A stretch of DNA of 64,000 bases from Candidatus Micrarchaeota archaeon CG1_02_51_15 (GTDB taxonomy: Archaea; Micrarchaeota; Micrarchaeia; Norongarragalinales; UBA8480): positions 4,322-68,321 of the forward strand of contig MNVG01000007.1 in assembly GCA_001871495.1 (NCBI GenBank), in the 5' to 3' direction. The stretch's first letter is position 1. Each line of letters opens with the position of its first letter. The notes below the pieces were generated by a model. It was not told the origin of the DNA, made no database searches, and saw only the letters and a program-made list of their open reading frames with translations. Shown here one piece after another: positions 19,037 to 29,378 of this stretch. The position numbers and the translations under genes were made by a program.

Positions 19037-19085
19037 TCTAAAACACCTCGCAAAAATTAGAAATTATATATATCCACCACGGGTG
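19037..19085 (-). promoter_or_regulatory. TATA-box promoter/5' UTR copy (see 12442..12490)
   Basis: Near-identical to the upstream region of paralog A. TATA box about 30 nt before the ATG. Confidence 0.55.
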
Positions 19086-19313
19086 GCGGCGTGTGAAAAT
19101 TGAAAACTAGTCGCCGGCAGAGACCAAATGACGGCAACGTCCATACTACTCGCGCATCAGCCACCTAATTCCAACCGCGGAGAGCCAATTACACCCACAA
19201 TACGAGACAGATTGCGTTTTTGTGAGTGTAACTCCTAAAAGTCCCTTAATTACCAAGCTTCCGCTCGGGTTTCGAAAAAAAAGCGGTAAAGAAAAAAAAG
19301 AATTAGGCGGGTT

Positions 19314-20960
19314 TTAGTCCATGCCTCCCATTCCGCCCATACCGCCAGGCGGCATTGACGGGCCTTTCGAGCGAGAGGCGATGATGTCGTCGATGCGGAG
19401 AATCATTTCCGAGACTTCCGAAGCGCTTTGGATGGCTTGCTTCTTGACTTTCATGGGCTCGATTACTCCGATTGCCTTCATGTCGCCAACCTTGGCCTTG
19501 GAAATATCGACGCCTACTGCGCGACCGTCGGGTTTTTCGTGCTTCGAGCGAAGCTCGACGAGAGTGTCAATTGAGTCCATTCCGGCGGATTCGGCGAGGG
19601 TGCGGGGGATTATTTCCAGCGCGTCGGCGAATGCCTGTATGGCGAGCTGTTCGCGTCCTCCGACTTCAATCGCGTACTTCTTCAGCCTGGCCGCAAGCTC
19701 CATTTCAGTGCTTCCGCCTCCAGTTATGTACTTGCCTTCTTCTATTGCGCTCGAAACGGCGCCGACCGCGTCGACTACTGCGCGTTCGGCTTCGTCGACG
19801 ATGTGGCTGGTGCTTCCGCGCACGAACAGTGTGACTGCCTTGGGTTCCTTGCATTTTTCCACGAAAGTCATTTGTTCCCCTGCGACTTTGCGTTCCTCCA
19901 CTGTTCCAGCATATCCCAGGTCCTTGGGTGAAAGGTCGTCGAGAGTGGTTACTACGCGTGCGCCTGTTGCGCGAGAGAGTTTTTCCATGTCGCTTTTCTT
20001 TACGCGCCTGCAGGCGACCACTCCCTTCTTGGAGAGGTAGTGCTGGGCGACGTCGTCAATGCCTTTCTGGCAGAAGAGCACGGTTGCCCCGGTCTTGGCT
20101 ACTTTTTCCACCATTTCCTTGAGCATGTTTTCTTCCTGGGCGAGGAAGGAAGTCATTTGGTCGGGGGAAGTGATGTTTATGCGGGCGTCGGTCTGGGTTT
20201 TCTCGATTTCCAAAGCGGCGTCCACCAATGCGATTTTGGCGTCGGAAACTTTCTTTGGCATTCCGGGGTGCACTATTTCCTTGTCCACCAGCACGCCGTT
20301 TATCAAGACGGTCTGCATTACGTCGCTGCCCTGCTTCTTCTCGATTTTGACGTAGTCCTTGTCTATCAAGGTCTTGCCATCCCTTTGTTCGACAACTTGA
20401 GTGACTGCACTTACCACGAGTTTTGCAAGGTAGTCCTTGGCGGAACCGGTTCCGATGGTCTTGCTGCCCATGCTTACGCTCGCTATTTTTTCCAGCGATT
20501 CCTTGTCGTTGAGCGAAACTTTTTCGCTTATTCCGTTAAGCGCCTGCACTGCCTTCACCGAAGCGTCCTTGTAGCCGCGGATTATAGTCGAAGCATGGAC
20601 GTCCTGGTCCAAGAGTGCGACTGAGTTCTTCAAGAGCTCTCCGGCAATTACCACTGCCGAAGTGGTGCCGTCGCCGACTTCCTGGTCCTGGGTCTTGGCT
20701 ATTTCAACCATCATCTTGCCTGCTGGGTGTTCCAAGTGCATTTCTTCAAGGATGGTTGCGCCGTCGTTGGTGATTACTATATCACCCATTTCGCTGACTA
20801 ACATCTTGTCCATTCCGCGAGGGCCGAGAGTTGTTTTTACGGCTTGTGCAACCGCGTATGCTACTGCAATGTTAGTGCGTTGAGCGTCGCGTCCTAGGAC
20901 GCGGTTGCTTCCTTCGGGAAGCACGAGAACTTGTTGTCCGTTAATTTGTCCTTGCTGCAT
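19314..20960 (-). CDS. ths: thermosome subunit (group II chaperonin)
   Basis: 548 aa. [25 protein letters not shown] motifs. C-terminal GGMGGMGGM tail. Confidence 0.95.
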   Translation of the reverse strand: MQQGQINGQQVLVLPEGSNRVLGRDAQRTNIAVAYAVAQAVKTTLGPRGMDKMLVSEMGDIVITNDGATILEEMHLEHPAGKMMVEIAKTQDQEVGDGTTSAVVIAGELLKNSVALLDQDVHASTIIRGYKDASVKAVQALNGISEKVSLNDKESLEKIASVSMGSKTIGTGSAKDYLAKLVVSAVTQVVEQRDGKTLIDKDYVKIEKKQGSDVMQTVLINGVLVDKEIVHPGMPKKVSDAKIALVDAALEIEKTQTDARINITSPDQMTSFLAQEENMLKEMVEKVAKTGATVLFCQKGIDDVAQHYLSKKGVVACRRVKKSDMEKLSRATGARVVTTLDDLSPKDLGYAGTVEERKVAGEQMTFVEKCKEPKAVTLFVRGSTSHIVDEAERAVVDAVGAVSSAIEEGKYITGGGSTEMELAARLKKYAIEVGGREQLAIQAFADALEIIPRTLAESAGMDSIDTLVELRSKHEKPDGRAVGVDISKAKVGDMKAIGVIEPMKVKKQAIQSASEVSEMILRIDDIIASRSKGPSMPPGGMGGMGGMD

Positions 20961-21101
20961 GTTTTCGTTCCACCTCTTATTTCAATCAAAACTTTTGCGA
21001 ACCGCTCCTACAAACGGAGCTGGGTTCATTCAAAATAAGTTTCCAAAAAAACTCAGTTTTGCCTTCTTACCTGATATATGGAAAAGGCAGGAATAAAAGG
21101 G

Positions 21102-21290
21102 TTACGGAGTTACGGTTGCGTTGCTGAAATTGTTCAAATAGTCGAAATAGGCGTCGGACTCGACTTTGGTTTCGTTGGCGCCGGGAGAAAGCACGTAGGT
21201 TTTGACTATGGTTATGACTATTACTACAAAGAGGATTACTGCCCCGGCTAGTAGAAGGTATTCTATTGCGCCCTGCGCTTTTTCGTCCAT
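21102..21290 (-). CDS. class III signal peptide protein (archaeal type IV pilin-like, DUF361-type)
   Basis: MDEKAQGAIEYLLLAGAVILFVVIV is a prepilin-like N-terminus: charged, then a hydrophobic helix. 62 aa. Confidence 0.55.
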   Translation of the reverse strand: MDEKAQGAIEYLLLAGAVILFVVIVITIVKTYVLSPGANETKVESDAYFDYLNNFSNATVTP

Positions 21291-21337
21291 TTAGACAAGA
21301 CTAAACGCAAGGCTGTTTAAAAAACCTAAAGTAGGGC

Positions 21338-22678
21338 TCAGAAGCCGTCTGGGGCAGGGGCGCCTGCGTCGTCGCGAATCTGCTTGAGCTTGAGTTGGTA
21401 GGCGTTCTTGCGATAGTAGGAAGTCACGTCCTCGTCTTCAGTCCGAGTGTTTGAAGCCCAGAGCGCGATTCCTACTGCGATTCCGATTATCAACAGCACT
21501 ATCAAGCCGTCTTGCGAAAGCACGCCTGCAAACAATCCGGTTACTCCTACTTGCTTGCGCGGCGCGATTGCGGGCAACTTCTTTTCGTAGAGTTTTTCGC
21601 CTGCACTTGAAAGCACTAACAGCGGCGTTTCAGCGCCTTCGTCTGTATTTTGGCGCAAGTAAACAGTTATCGCCTTGGTTTCGCCAGGCTGTACGTCTAT
21701 TGGAGCCGGGCTAAGCACATCCCAAGTGTTCGGAATGCCTGCAATGGTTGCAGTCACCAAAGGGAGAATGTCGCTTCCGGTATTGGTTATTGTTGCAACC
21801 AAACGCATGAGCGAACCATCGGCGTCCTGTTGTGGGACCGAAACAGTTGCGGCTGCGTACGGAACAGTTGCCGATGAAGCCGCAACGTTGAAAGTAAAGC
21901 TTTTTTGGGCAACCACCTGCCGATTGTTAAGCACTTGCACGAACAAGTGGTACTGGCCTTCAGGCAGCTTCTGCGAGTGCACGTCGAAGTAAACATTCTT
22001 AGCCTCGCTGCGATCTAACGTGATTTTTTCAAGCGAGAGAAAAGGACGCAGTTCGTCAACGTCGCCTATCACGCGAATGTCGAACGTACCCGTAGCACCA
22101 TAATTGGAAATTTCCAATGGCACGCGACGCATTAGAGTAGGCTCCATCTTAAGGTAGTCCGAACGCGAATTGATCTTCAGCGAATACTCTGACGGGTCAA
22201 AGTACAAGTGCTCGCCGTTGTAGATATTGGAGTTGTCATAACCGTGGGAATACGAAGCGCATTGGCTTGAAGGGACTACCTGGACTTGAACGCTTGTTGA
22301 ACCCCGTTCTTGAACGCCGTTTGCGCTGGAAATAATTACCGTAACCGGCACTCGGAAAGTGCCTTCCAAACAGGGCGCGGAACTCAGTCCCAGCACCACT
22401 GCCTTGGAAGAACGTCCTGCAACTTCTCCGATTTCGGAATCAAGCTGTGCGTAAAGCACGCCTGCATCCGCTTGCACGGAATACGCACGGGCTTCAGCCG
22501 CTTGATTCTCGAACCAAATTACCACGCGGGCCTCAGTTGAATCCCGAATGGTCACCGAATCACTCGAAGAATGCAGCGGAAGCGCGTAAACGGCACTGGC
22601 AAAAAACAGTAGTACCAACGCGATTCCACCTGCAAGCAAAGCAAAATTTATTTTCTTCAAAGACAAATCACCCTGCAC
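21338..22678 (-). CDS. large cell-surface protein with Sec signal and C-terminal TM anchor
   Basis: 446 aa. N-terminal signal, beta-rich S/T/V ectodomain, C-terminal TM (LIVLLIIGIAVGIALWA) and charged tail. Confidence 0.5.
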   Translation of the reverse strand: MQGDLSLKKINFALLAGGIALVLLFFASAVYALPLHSSSDSVTIRDSTEARVVIWFENQAAEARAYSVQADAGVLYAQLDSEIGEVAGRSSKAVVLGLSSAPCLEGTFRVPVTVIISSANGVQERGSTSVQVQVVPSSQCASYSHGYDNSNIYNGEHLYFDPSEYSLKINSRSDYLKMEPTLMRRVPLEISNYGATGTFDIRVIGDVDELRPFLSLEKITLDRSEAKNVYFDVHSQKLPEGQYHLFVQVLNNRQVVAQKSFTFNVAASSATVPYAAATVSVPQQDADGSLMRLVATITNTGSDILPLVTATIAGIPNTWDVLSPAPIDVQPGETKAITVYLRQNTDEGAETPLLVLSSAGEKLYEKKLPAIAPRKQVGVTGLFAGVLSQDGLIVLLIIGIAVGIALWASNTRTEDEDVTSYYRKNAYQLKLKQIRDDAGAPAPDGF

Positions 22679-22893
22679 TGCAACACCCGCAGTGCTTGTT
22701 ACTACTACTTATAGGTTACTTAGTATATATACCTTTTGATTTGTTACTATTGAAACGTAATTACATTTATATAGTGGTTTCGCTATATTAATGTCATGCC
22801 TTCCGTAAGGGGAGGCGAACGGATTGGTTTTTCTTGGCACGTGTTAACGACAATAACTTTAAAAATCGGAGAACATTCAATTCTTTGAATTCT

Positions 22894-23640
22894 ATGCCCC
22901 ACAACCCTGAGATACTTGATGGACTTCGTAAACTAGGACTTAATCAGTACGAAGCACGTGCATATCACGCGTTGCACTCTTCGGACACCAGCACGGCAGG
23001 CGAATTGAGTGAAACTGCCGAACTGCCCCGTCCAAGGGTTTACGACGTGCTTAACAGCCTGCAGGAAAAGGGATTCGTGGTCCTTCAGCCCGGCCGCCCG
23101 GTGCGTTACGCGGCACTGCCGCTCGACGAGGCGATAAAAACGCTTGGCAAGCAGAAGCAGGAGACCGCCTTGCAAGAGATTGCGGCAATAGAAAGGATTG
23201 CCGAAAGCCTTAATGCCCGCATAAAGGGAAACAAAGTCGCAGACAAGTTTAAAGCAAGCGAAAACGTCTGGACCCTTAAAGGCAGGGAAACTATTTACTC
23301 TAAATTAAGCTCGATGATTTCAGGAGCAAGCGATCACGTGATTATAGTGTCGAGCAAGGACGGCGCGGCGCGCAAGTTCAAAGCACATGCAGCTGAATTG
23401 ACTTCTGCAAAACAGCGGGGAGTCAACGTGCGCCTGGTGTCTTCTCATGCGGTTCCCGAGGCAACGCAACTGACTTCGTTCCACAAACGCACACTACCTA
23501 CAAGAATGGCAGTTGCAGACGACCAAGCTTTGCTGTTTCTTACTGAAGAAACCGCCCATCCCAATGAGGAAGTAGGCTTGTGGATAAGCAATCCTGCTCT
23601 GGCAGCAACGTTAAGGCAACTTACCACTGAAAAAAATTAG
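22894..23640 (+). CDS. TrmB-family transcriptional regulator
   Basis: N-terminal wHTH LGLNQYEARAYHALH...TAGELSE...PRPRVYDVLNSLQEKGFV, plus a C-terminal sensor-like domain. Confidence 0.7.
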   Translation: MPHNPEILDGLRKLGLNQYEARAYHALHSSDTSTAGELSETAELPRPRVYDVLNSLQEKGFVVLQPGRPVRYAALPLDEAIKTLGKQKQETALQEIAAIERIAESLNARIKGNKVADKFKASENVWTLKGRETIYSKLSSMISGASDHVIIVSSKDGAARKFKAHAAELTSAKQRGVNVRLVSSHAVPEATQLTSFHKRTLPTRMAVADDQALLFLTEETAHPNEEVGLWISNPALAATLRQLTTEKN

Positions 23641-23652
23641 CCTGCGTCAGAC

Positions 23653-24624
23653 CTACAGCAATACCTTAATCCCTTCAGCGTAGGCTTTGCGTTGGTTTTC
23701 TATTAATTTTGCGTACTGCAAGTCAACGCTGCTTAAACGCACGGCCTTGCCTTTTTCAAGAAATAGCGGATCCACGCACCTGAACTTCCCAGGAAGCACC
23801 GTAGCCTCGCGGGAACTGCTTGGTTGGAAACGCGTGCGGCGGGCAAGCAACTGCAGGGGCTTTTTGACTTCGGGATTGACGCTTGATTCGAGCTTGCAAA
23901 AGACGTGTACGTCATGTTCTTTAAAGTCAGTCTTGGATATTGTTTCGTCGGCTAACGCGGCTTTTAAGGCTTCTGAAAAAAGCAAATAACGGGCGCGCGA
24001 GTCGGCGTCGCCCCATTGTTCTTCATACAACCGCGCATAGTGGTTTGCGAACAACGCCGCTTTTTCAAGTGAAGAAAAAACGATTTTACCCTCGTTAACA
24101 ATTAATCCGGAGTAGCAAACACAGGCATCGGCAGCTCGACCGCATCCCATCATTTCTCTTAAAGCGTAGTCAACTCGGTCGGCGCAAAGGTCGGGCGCAG
24201 GACGTTCTAACAAACCGAATTTTTCAATATTGGAAACCGATTCGGCGTTCAGGCCATAGCGCGCGAGTATTACTGGGATTTCGGATTCGGATACGACCTG
24301 TGAATGCAGGTTATCTTGGTAGTCTTCCACACTTGGGTCGCCAAACACGTAGTCGATTATGTGTGAAAAGGCAGTGTGGGAAACGTCGTGCAGCAACCCG
24401 GCAGCCTGTTCTTCAAGCGTCGCGCCAAGGCTACGGAGCAAAAACATTACGCCTATAGAGTGTTCGTAGCGAGTGAATGCCTTGTAACCCGAGCGGCACA
24501 AGTGTGAAGGAATGCCGAACTGGCTTATTTTCTTAAGGCGTTGGACCGGCTTGGATTCGATTAGCTTTGTTAACAGCGGCTCGGTTACTTCAAAGCCGCC
24601 GTAAACACAGTCATACAGTTGCAT
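23653..24624 (-). CDS. HD-domain phosphohydrolase, dGTPase/SAMHD1-like (COG1078)
   Basis: RYEHSIGV, GLLHDVSHTAFSH and DRVDY motifs. Probable start at the internal Met MQLYD. Overlaps the rps3ae stop by about 10 nt. Confidence 0.7.
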   Translation of the reverse strand: MQLYDCVYGGFEVTEPLLTKLIESKPVQRLKKISQFGIPSHLCRSGYKAFTRYEHSIGVMFLLRSLGATLEEQAAGLLHDVSHTAFSHIIDYVFGDPSVEDYQDNLHSQVVSESEIPVILARYGLNAESVSNIEKFGLLERPAPDLCADRVDYALREMMGCGRAADACVCYSGLIVNEGKIVFSSLEKAALFANHYARLYEEQWGDADSRARYLLFSEALKAALADETISKTDFKEHDVHVFCKLESSVNPEVKKPLQLLARRTRFQPSSSREATVLPGKFRCVDPLFLEKGKAVRLSSVDLQYAKLIENQRKAYAEGIKVLL

Positions 24625-24631
24625 AAGAAGA

Positions 24632-25288
24632 TCATTCGCTTTCCTCTTCAGTAGGTTGTTCCTTGGGCTTTTCCTTCGCAGCCTCGGATCCGGGAACCGC
24701 CTGGTTTTCGGCAACGTCGAACACTTCTTTGAGTTCAGTCTTGTATATCTCCACACGACGGAGGGGAACCAGCCTCTTGAGTGTGCCATACGTTTCAGTA
24801 CTGGCCTTACCGTAAAGGACTTCTTGGATGAATTGTCCAAAGGGCTCGCGTGCTATTTTCTTTTTCAAGAATTCGGCTGCACGGTTGCGCAAAGTGGTCT
24901 TTTGTGCAGCACTGCAATTGTGTGCCGTAACCACTAGAGCCTTGACACGGAATTCCACTTCGTCCTTGGATACCGCGTCGAAAACCACGTAAAGGGCATC
25001 GCGCCTGCAGCGGATTAGCGTGTGCAAATACTCGCGTGCAACGGAGTGTCCTATGAATTTGGTGAACGCCGTTTTTCCCTTGATTTCGGTGACGCGAAGA
25101 CGCACTGAAGAATACATGTGGGCAAGGTCGCGCGTTATTTCCTTCAAGGGAATGTTGATTACGCGGTTCAACAGGTGTTCCTCGTCAAGCGAAGGAACTT
25201 CAGTAACCTTTGCCTCGTTGAATATTTTCGGGGCAACCAGGGCATACCAACTTTTAGACTTCCATGAATCCACTACTTTCTTTGCCAT
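24632..25288 (-). CDS. rps3ae: 30S ribosomal protein S3Ae (S1e)
   Basis: KKVVDSWKSKSWYALVAPKIF N-terminus and overall S3Ae pattern. 218 aa. Confidence 0.9.
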   Translation of the reverse strand: MAKKVVDSWKSKSWYALVAPKIFNEAKVTEVPSLDEEHLLNRVINIPLKEITRDLAHMYSSVRLRVTEIKGKTAFTKFIGHSVAREYLHTLIRCRRDALYVVFDAVSKDEVEFRVKALVVTAHNCSAAQKTTLRNRAAEFLKKKIAREPFGQFIQEVLYGKASTETYGTLKRLVPLRRVEIYKTELKEVFDVAENQAVPGSEAAKEKPKEQPTEEESE

Positions 25289-25295
25289 TTGATTA

Positions 25296-25748
25296 TCACT
25301 TCACCAATAACGCCGCTTCTTCGGGTACGTAAGACCATTTTTTCGGCAGTTTTTTACCGCGATAGTACCTCACTAGGCGTTTTATCTTGCTTTCCACATG
25401 CCCGAGCTTGGTGCGGTTTCCTTGATCGCGTGTGTTTTCCTTCAGGTGCTTGCGCATATTCATCGCCTTGCGTATCAAGTCAATCAAATCGGAAGGATAT
25501 TTGCCCGCAAGCTTCTTCTCTTCAAGAACCTGTGAAATGCTTTTGCCCAAAAACGCCTTTACGGACGGAATGCCGTACTGGTCGCGCAGTATCGCGCCCA
25601 TCTGCGCTTCTGTCTTGTCTTCTTTTGCAAACTTTTCAATTAGCGCAATCACGTCCTCTTTAGACTGCTGTATCCAAGCAGGGGCCGTCTTTGAAACGGG
25701 TTTTGATGACGCGCTCCGCCCGCGTTTTCTTGAATGCATTCTTGCCAT
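25296..25748 (-). CDS. rps15: 30S ribosomal protein S15 (S13e)
   Basis: MARMHSRKRGRSASSKP N-terminus, and C-terminal GHVESKIKRLVRYY S15 fold. Confidence 0.85.
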   Translation of the reverse strand: MARMHSRKRGRSASSKPVSKTAPAWIQQSKEDVIALIEKFAKEDKTEAQMGAILRDQYGIPSVKAFLGKSISQVLEEKKLAGKYPSDLIDLIRKAMNMRKHLKENTRDQGNRTKLGHVESKIKRLVRYYRGKKLPKKWSYVPEEAALLVK

Positions 25749-25783
25749 AAACAACACACTTCCTTACTTTCTTTTTTTCCTCA

Positions 25784-28192
25784 TTAAACACTAAGTTGTA
25801 CTTCCAGTTCGCCCTCTTCTTTGGCCTTGAACAACACGGTTTTTATCCTTCCGACGTTCCTCATTTCCTCTTCGACATCGGCCAACTCCTTCAACGTAGT
25901 TTCAGGAGCAATCACGGTTGCAGAAGATAGCTCTTCACTCAAGGCAAGAGCGTTGGTCGCCTTGTATTTTCGCACTGCCGAAAGGACTTCGTGCAGTGCT
26001 CCAACAATTTTTTCCACTCCGTCATTTAAATACTCTTCTTCCGCGTCGGGCCACTTGCAGGAATGGATGCTTTCGCCTTTAGAGTAAAGCTGGGAATAAA
26101 TCTCCTCAGTAGAATAGGGAGCAAACGGCGCTAGAAGCCTTAAAACGCCTTCAAGCACTCGGCGCAGCGTCCACTGGGCAGCCTGCTTGGAATCCACATC
26201 ATCCCCGTAAACCCTGTATTTGACGTCCTCCAAGTAATTGTCACACAAGTCGTGCCAAGTAAACGAATGAATAGAAGTAAGAGCAGAATAGAAATCGTAG
26301 GCGCGCAACGAGTCGGTCGTCTTCTTAACCAAGCGCTCGTATTTGCTCAAAATCCATTCATCACTAAGGCGAAGCTTGTCCGGCCTGCAATCAGCAGCAC
26401 CCACAGTGGCCTTTTCCACGAACTTTGAGGCATTCCACAGCTTGTTTAGAAAGCCTTGCGCAAACAGAACGTCCTTCCAATAAAAAATATTGTCTTTTCC
26501 AGTCGAACCGCTCAACGCCGCCCATTGGCGCAATGCATCAACTGAAGAACGAGCCACCACATCTTTGGCTTCCACATAGTTGCCCAGGCTCTTGCTCATT
26601 TTCTTGCCGTCTTTTTCGCCGCAAACCATTCCGTTTACCAAAACCTGTTTGAAAGGCGGCGCGCCAACAAGTACGATACAACGGAGAATGGTGTAAAACG
26701 CCCAAGTACGGATTATGTCCGTACCTTGCGGCCTCACCGCAGCAGGGTATAGGTGCTCGAATTTCTTTTGGTCAAACGGCCAGCCGGCAACAAAAAGTGG
26801 AGTTATTGAAGAGTCGACCCAACCGTCGCAAATGCTTTTTTCCCCGACGAAGGCACCGCCGCAAGAACACTTTTCAACAGGAGGCTTGTCTTTGGCCGGG
26901 TCAACAGGCAAGGACTCGACTGAAGGCAAGAGCACCTCACCACAGCAGTCGCAGTACCAGAAAGGCAACGGAATTCCGAAAACACGCTGACGCGAAATAC
27001 ACCAATCCCACTCCAAGCCGTCAGCCCAGTCAGCCAACAACTGGTAAGCGTGCTCGGGATACCACTCCATTGAAGAAGCGGCTTGCTTCACCTTGTCCTC
27101 CACGCCCTTAAGCTTTATGAACCACTGAAGTGAATTCAGCAACTCTATAGGCTTCTTGCAACGGTCGTGAAGCTTTACGGTCTGCACAAGTTTTTCCTGC
27201 TTTTCTACAAACCCTTTTTGCTGCAAGTCTTCAATTATTTTCAGTTTTGCGGAATGTCCGGCAATGCCGTCGTAAAGCCCGGAGTTCTTCAGCCGCCCCC
27301 GCCCGTCCATCGCCTCTATTACCGAGAGTTTGTGACGGTAAGTCCAAACAACGTCCGACTTGTCACCGAAGGTACAAACCATTACTACCCCTGTTCCGAA
27401 CTCCTTGTCAACATCGACATCGGCAACTATCGGAACCTCTTTGTTATACAACGGAGTGACGGCAGTCTTACCTACCAGCGCAGAATAACGCGCGTCGGAA
27501 GGATGGACAAAAACCGCGACGCAAGCGTGCAAAAGCTCAGGCCTAGTTGTTGCAATAAGTAGCACTCCATCAACGGCAGAAGCACATTCGAACTTAAGGT
27601 AGTTGAAAACGGTTTCGCGCTGGGTTTCTTCAGTTTCGGCCTTGGTAATTGCGCTCGCGCACGTAGGACACCATAACACAGGATGCTGCGCGTGATAAAC
27701 CAGCTTCTGCTCGAACATCTTAAGCAAGGAATATTGCACTACCTTATAGTACTCAGGATTAATCGTGTAATACTCGTAATTCCAGTCTATAGAAAAAGCC
27801 ATTTGCCGCATCTGCGTTTTCATCGTGCTTACAACGTCATGCGTCCACTCCAAGCACTTTTCACGAAATTCCGCCCGACTCAAGTTACGCCCGTGCTTTT
27901 TCTCGACTTTAACTTCAGTCGGAAAACCATGACAATCCCAACCCTGCGGAAACAACACATTATAACCCCGCATGCGATGGAAGCGTGCACTGAAGTCAAT
28001 ATAACTCCAATTCAAGACCCCGCCCATATGAAACTCGCCAGTGGGAAACGGAGGAGGCGTATCGATAAAGTAAACAGGCTTCTTGGAATCGTCGTTGTCA
28101 AAAGAATAGATTCCCTTCGTCTCCCAATTGGCCTGCCACTTTTGCTCCATAGCCCTGCAATCAAATTTTCCCAACGGCATTAAACGCACCAA
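25784..28192 (-). CDS. valS: valyl-tRNA synthetase
   Basis: 802 aa class I. TPPPFPTGEFHMGG in the HIGH region, GWDCHGFPTE, DWCISRQ, KMSKS (GKKMSKSLGN). The size fits ValRS rather than LeuRS or IleRS. Confidence 0.75.
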   Translation of the reverse strand: MVRLMPLGKFDCRAMEQKWQANWETKGIYSFDNDDSKKPVYFIDTPPPFPTGEFHMGGVLNWSYIDFSARFHRMRGYNVLFPQGWDCHGFPTEVKVEKKHGRNLSRAEFREKCLEWTHDVVSTMKTQMRQMAFSIDWNYEYYTINPEYYKVVQYSLLKMFEQKLVYHAQHPVLWCPTCASAITKAETEETQRETVFNYLKFECASAVDGVLLIATTRPELLHACVAVFVHPSDARYSALVGKTAVTPLYNKEVPIVADVDVDKEFGTGVVMVCTFGDKSDVVWTYRHKLSVIEAMDGRGRLKNSGLYDGIAGHSAKLKIIEDLQQKGFVEKQEKLVQTVKLHDRCKKPIELLNSLQWFIKLKGVEDKVKQAASSMEWYPEHAYQLLADWADGLEWDWCISRQRVFGIPLPFWYCDCCGEVLLPSVESLPVDPAKDKPPVEKCSCGGAFVGEKSICDGWVDSSITPLFVAGWPFDQKKFEHLYPAAVRPQGTDIIRTWAFYTILRCIVLVGAPPFKQVLVNGMVCGEKDGKKMSKSLGNYVEAKDVVARSSVDALRQWAALSGSTGKDNIFYWKDVLFAQGFLNKLWNASKFVEKATVGAADCRPDKLRLSDEWILSKYERLVKKTTDSLRAYDFYSALTSIHSFTWHDLCDNYLEDVKYRVYGDDVDSKQAAQWTLRRVLEGVLRLLAPFAPYSTEEIYSQLYSKGESIHSCKWPDAEEEYLNDGVEKIVGALHEVLSAVRKYKATNALALSEELSSATVIAPETTLKELADVEEEMRNVGRIKTVLFKAKEEGELEVQLSV

Positions 28193-28208
28193 CTAAAGAC
28201 AAACGCCG

Positions 28209-28442
28209 TCAATTCGTCGGACTGGCCTGCCCGACGACGCGTGCCGAACGCGTATTGCTCGACTCCGTCTTGCCCTTGACGTAATGTGCAGTCCACTTCT
28301 GCTTGCGAGGATTGCGATTCATCTTGGTACTGTTCTGCAGACACTTGCGCGAACAATAATTCAACCCAGTGCCATCGCGTTTGAACACGATAAACCCCGT
28401 GCCTACAGGAACTTGCGTTCCACAATGAGTACAAGAAACCAT
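28209..28442 (-). CDS. rpl24e: 50S ribosomal protein L24e
   Basis: CTHCGTQVPVGTGFIVFKRDGTGLNYCSRKC zinc-ribbon, a match to L24e. Confidence 0.85.
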   Translation of the reverse strand: MVSCTHCGTQVPVGTGFIVFKRDGTGLNYCSRKCLQNSTKMNRNPRKQKWTAHYVKGKTESSNTRSARVVGQASPTN

Positions 28443-28447
28443 TCAAA

Positions 28448-28768
28448 TCACACTTTTTTCTTGGTCTTCAACGGACGCGCCTCGCGCTCAGTTTCAAGAA
28501 GCAAGACAATATCTCCCTTGCGAACAGAGCCTTTAATGTTTCGGCGAATTACCCGACCGCGGTCGCGGCCGTCCAAAACCTTGCACATTACTTGGTTAAC
28601 TTCCCCAAAAACCCCTGTTTTCCCGACGATCTCCATTACCTCTGCCGGACTTGCGTCGGAATAAGACGCAACAGCAGGCCTTGAGCTTGCTGCAGCAGGC
28701 AATTGCCCTGCCTCCTTTGCAGGAGGTCGGGCAGTTGACACGCTAGCCGATTTTTTTTTTTCAACCAT
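28448..28768 (-). CDS. rps28e: 30S ribosomal protein S28e with N-terminal low-complexity extension
   Basis: [59 protein letters not shown] matches S28e. About 40 extra A/P/S-rich N-terminal residues. Confidence 0.85.
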   Translation of the reverse strand: MVEKKKSASVSTARPPAKEAGQLPAAASSRPAVASYSDASPAEVMEIVGKTGVFGEVNQVMCKVLDGRDRGRVIRRNIKGSVRKGDIVLLLETEREARPLKTKKKV

Positions 28769-28783
28769 TCAAAACCAACCTTT

Positions 28784-29284
28784 TTACTTGCCTGCAGCCT
28801 CGGCAGACGCTTCAACCGCCTTGGGCTCCTCAACAGGTTTCTCCTTTTTGGCAACCGCCTTCTTGGCAGCCGGCTTCTTCTTGACCTTGACAGGCTCTGA
28901 AGTCTTTTCCGCCTTTTCAGCAACAAGCGCGCCGGTTTTGGCCAGCACTTCCTTCAGCGCAGCCTCGGCCGATCCGGCCTTGGTTACCGCGACTGCAGCA
29001 GTGCCCACCGTCAACCCTGCAACTTTGCCTAACGCAGTTTTTTCTGCAATGTAAACAAACGCAATCTTCTTCTCCTCGCACAAGCTTGGTAAGTGCATTA
29101 CGATTTCCTCAGGATCAACGTCTTCTGCAATGACAACAAGTTTTGCGTCACCGCGTTCAATTGCCTTGGTAGTTTCATTAGTGCCCTTGCGCACCGAACC
29201 TGAATTCTTGGCGCCTTCTATAATCTCAAGCACCTTTGCCTGCACGTCAGCAGGAGTCTCGAACTTCACGTAAGACTTCGCCAT
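28784..29284 (-). CDS. rpl7ae: 50S ribosomal protein L7Ae with a C-terminal K/A/E-rich tail
   Basis: [47 protein letters not shown] core. About 50-aa tail [45 protein letters not shown]. Confidence 0.9.
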   Translation of the reverse strand: MAKSYVKFETPADVQAKVLEIIEGAKNSGSVRKGTNETTKAIERGDAKLVVIAEDVDPEEIVMHLPSLCEEKKIAFVYIAEKTALGKVAGLTVGTAAVAVTKAGSAEAALKEVLAKTGALVAEKAEKTSEPVKVKKKPAAKKAVAKKEKPVEEPKAVEASAEAAGK

Positions 29285-29378
29285 ACCTCAAAACACCTCA
29301 TATCATAGGCTCTTTAAAACGAGCATCAAACTAATGCCAAACAACGTTTAAATAAGTACAGGTTACGCAAAAGACGCG

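Noticed and set aside
19040-19313. Possible ncRNA between the secreted paralog B promoter and the thermosome gene (hairpin ccacgggtggcgg, gggtttcgaaaaaaaagcgg)
   Set aside because: There are no tRNA-like or known-RNA motifs. More simply it is a terminator/promoter spacer.
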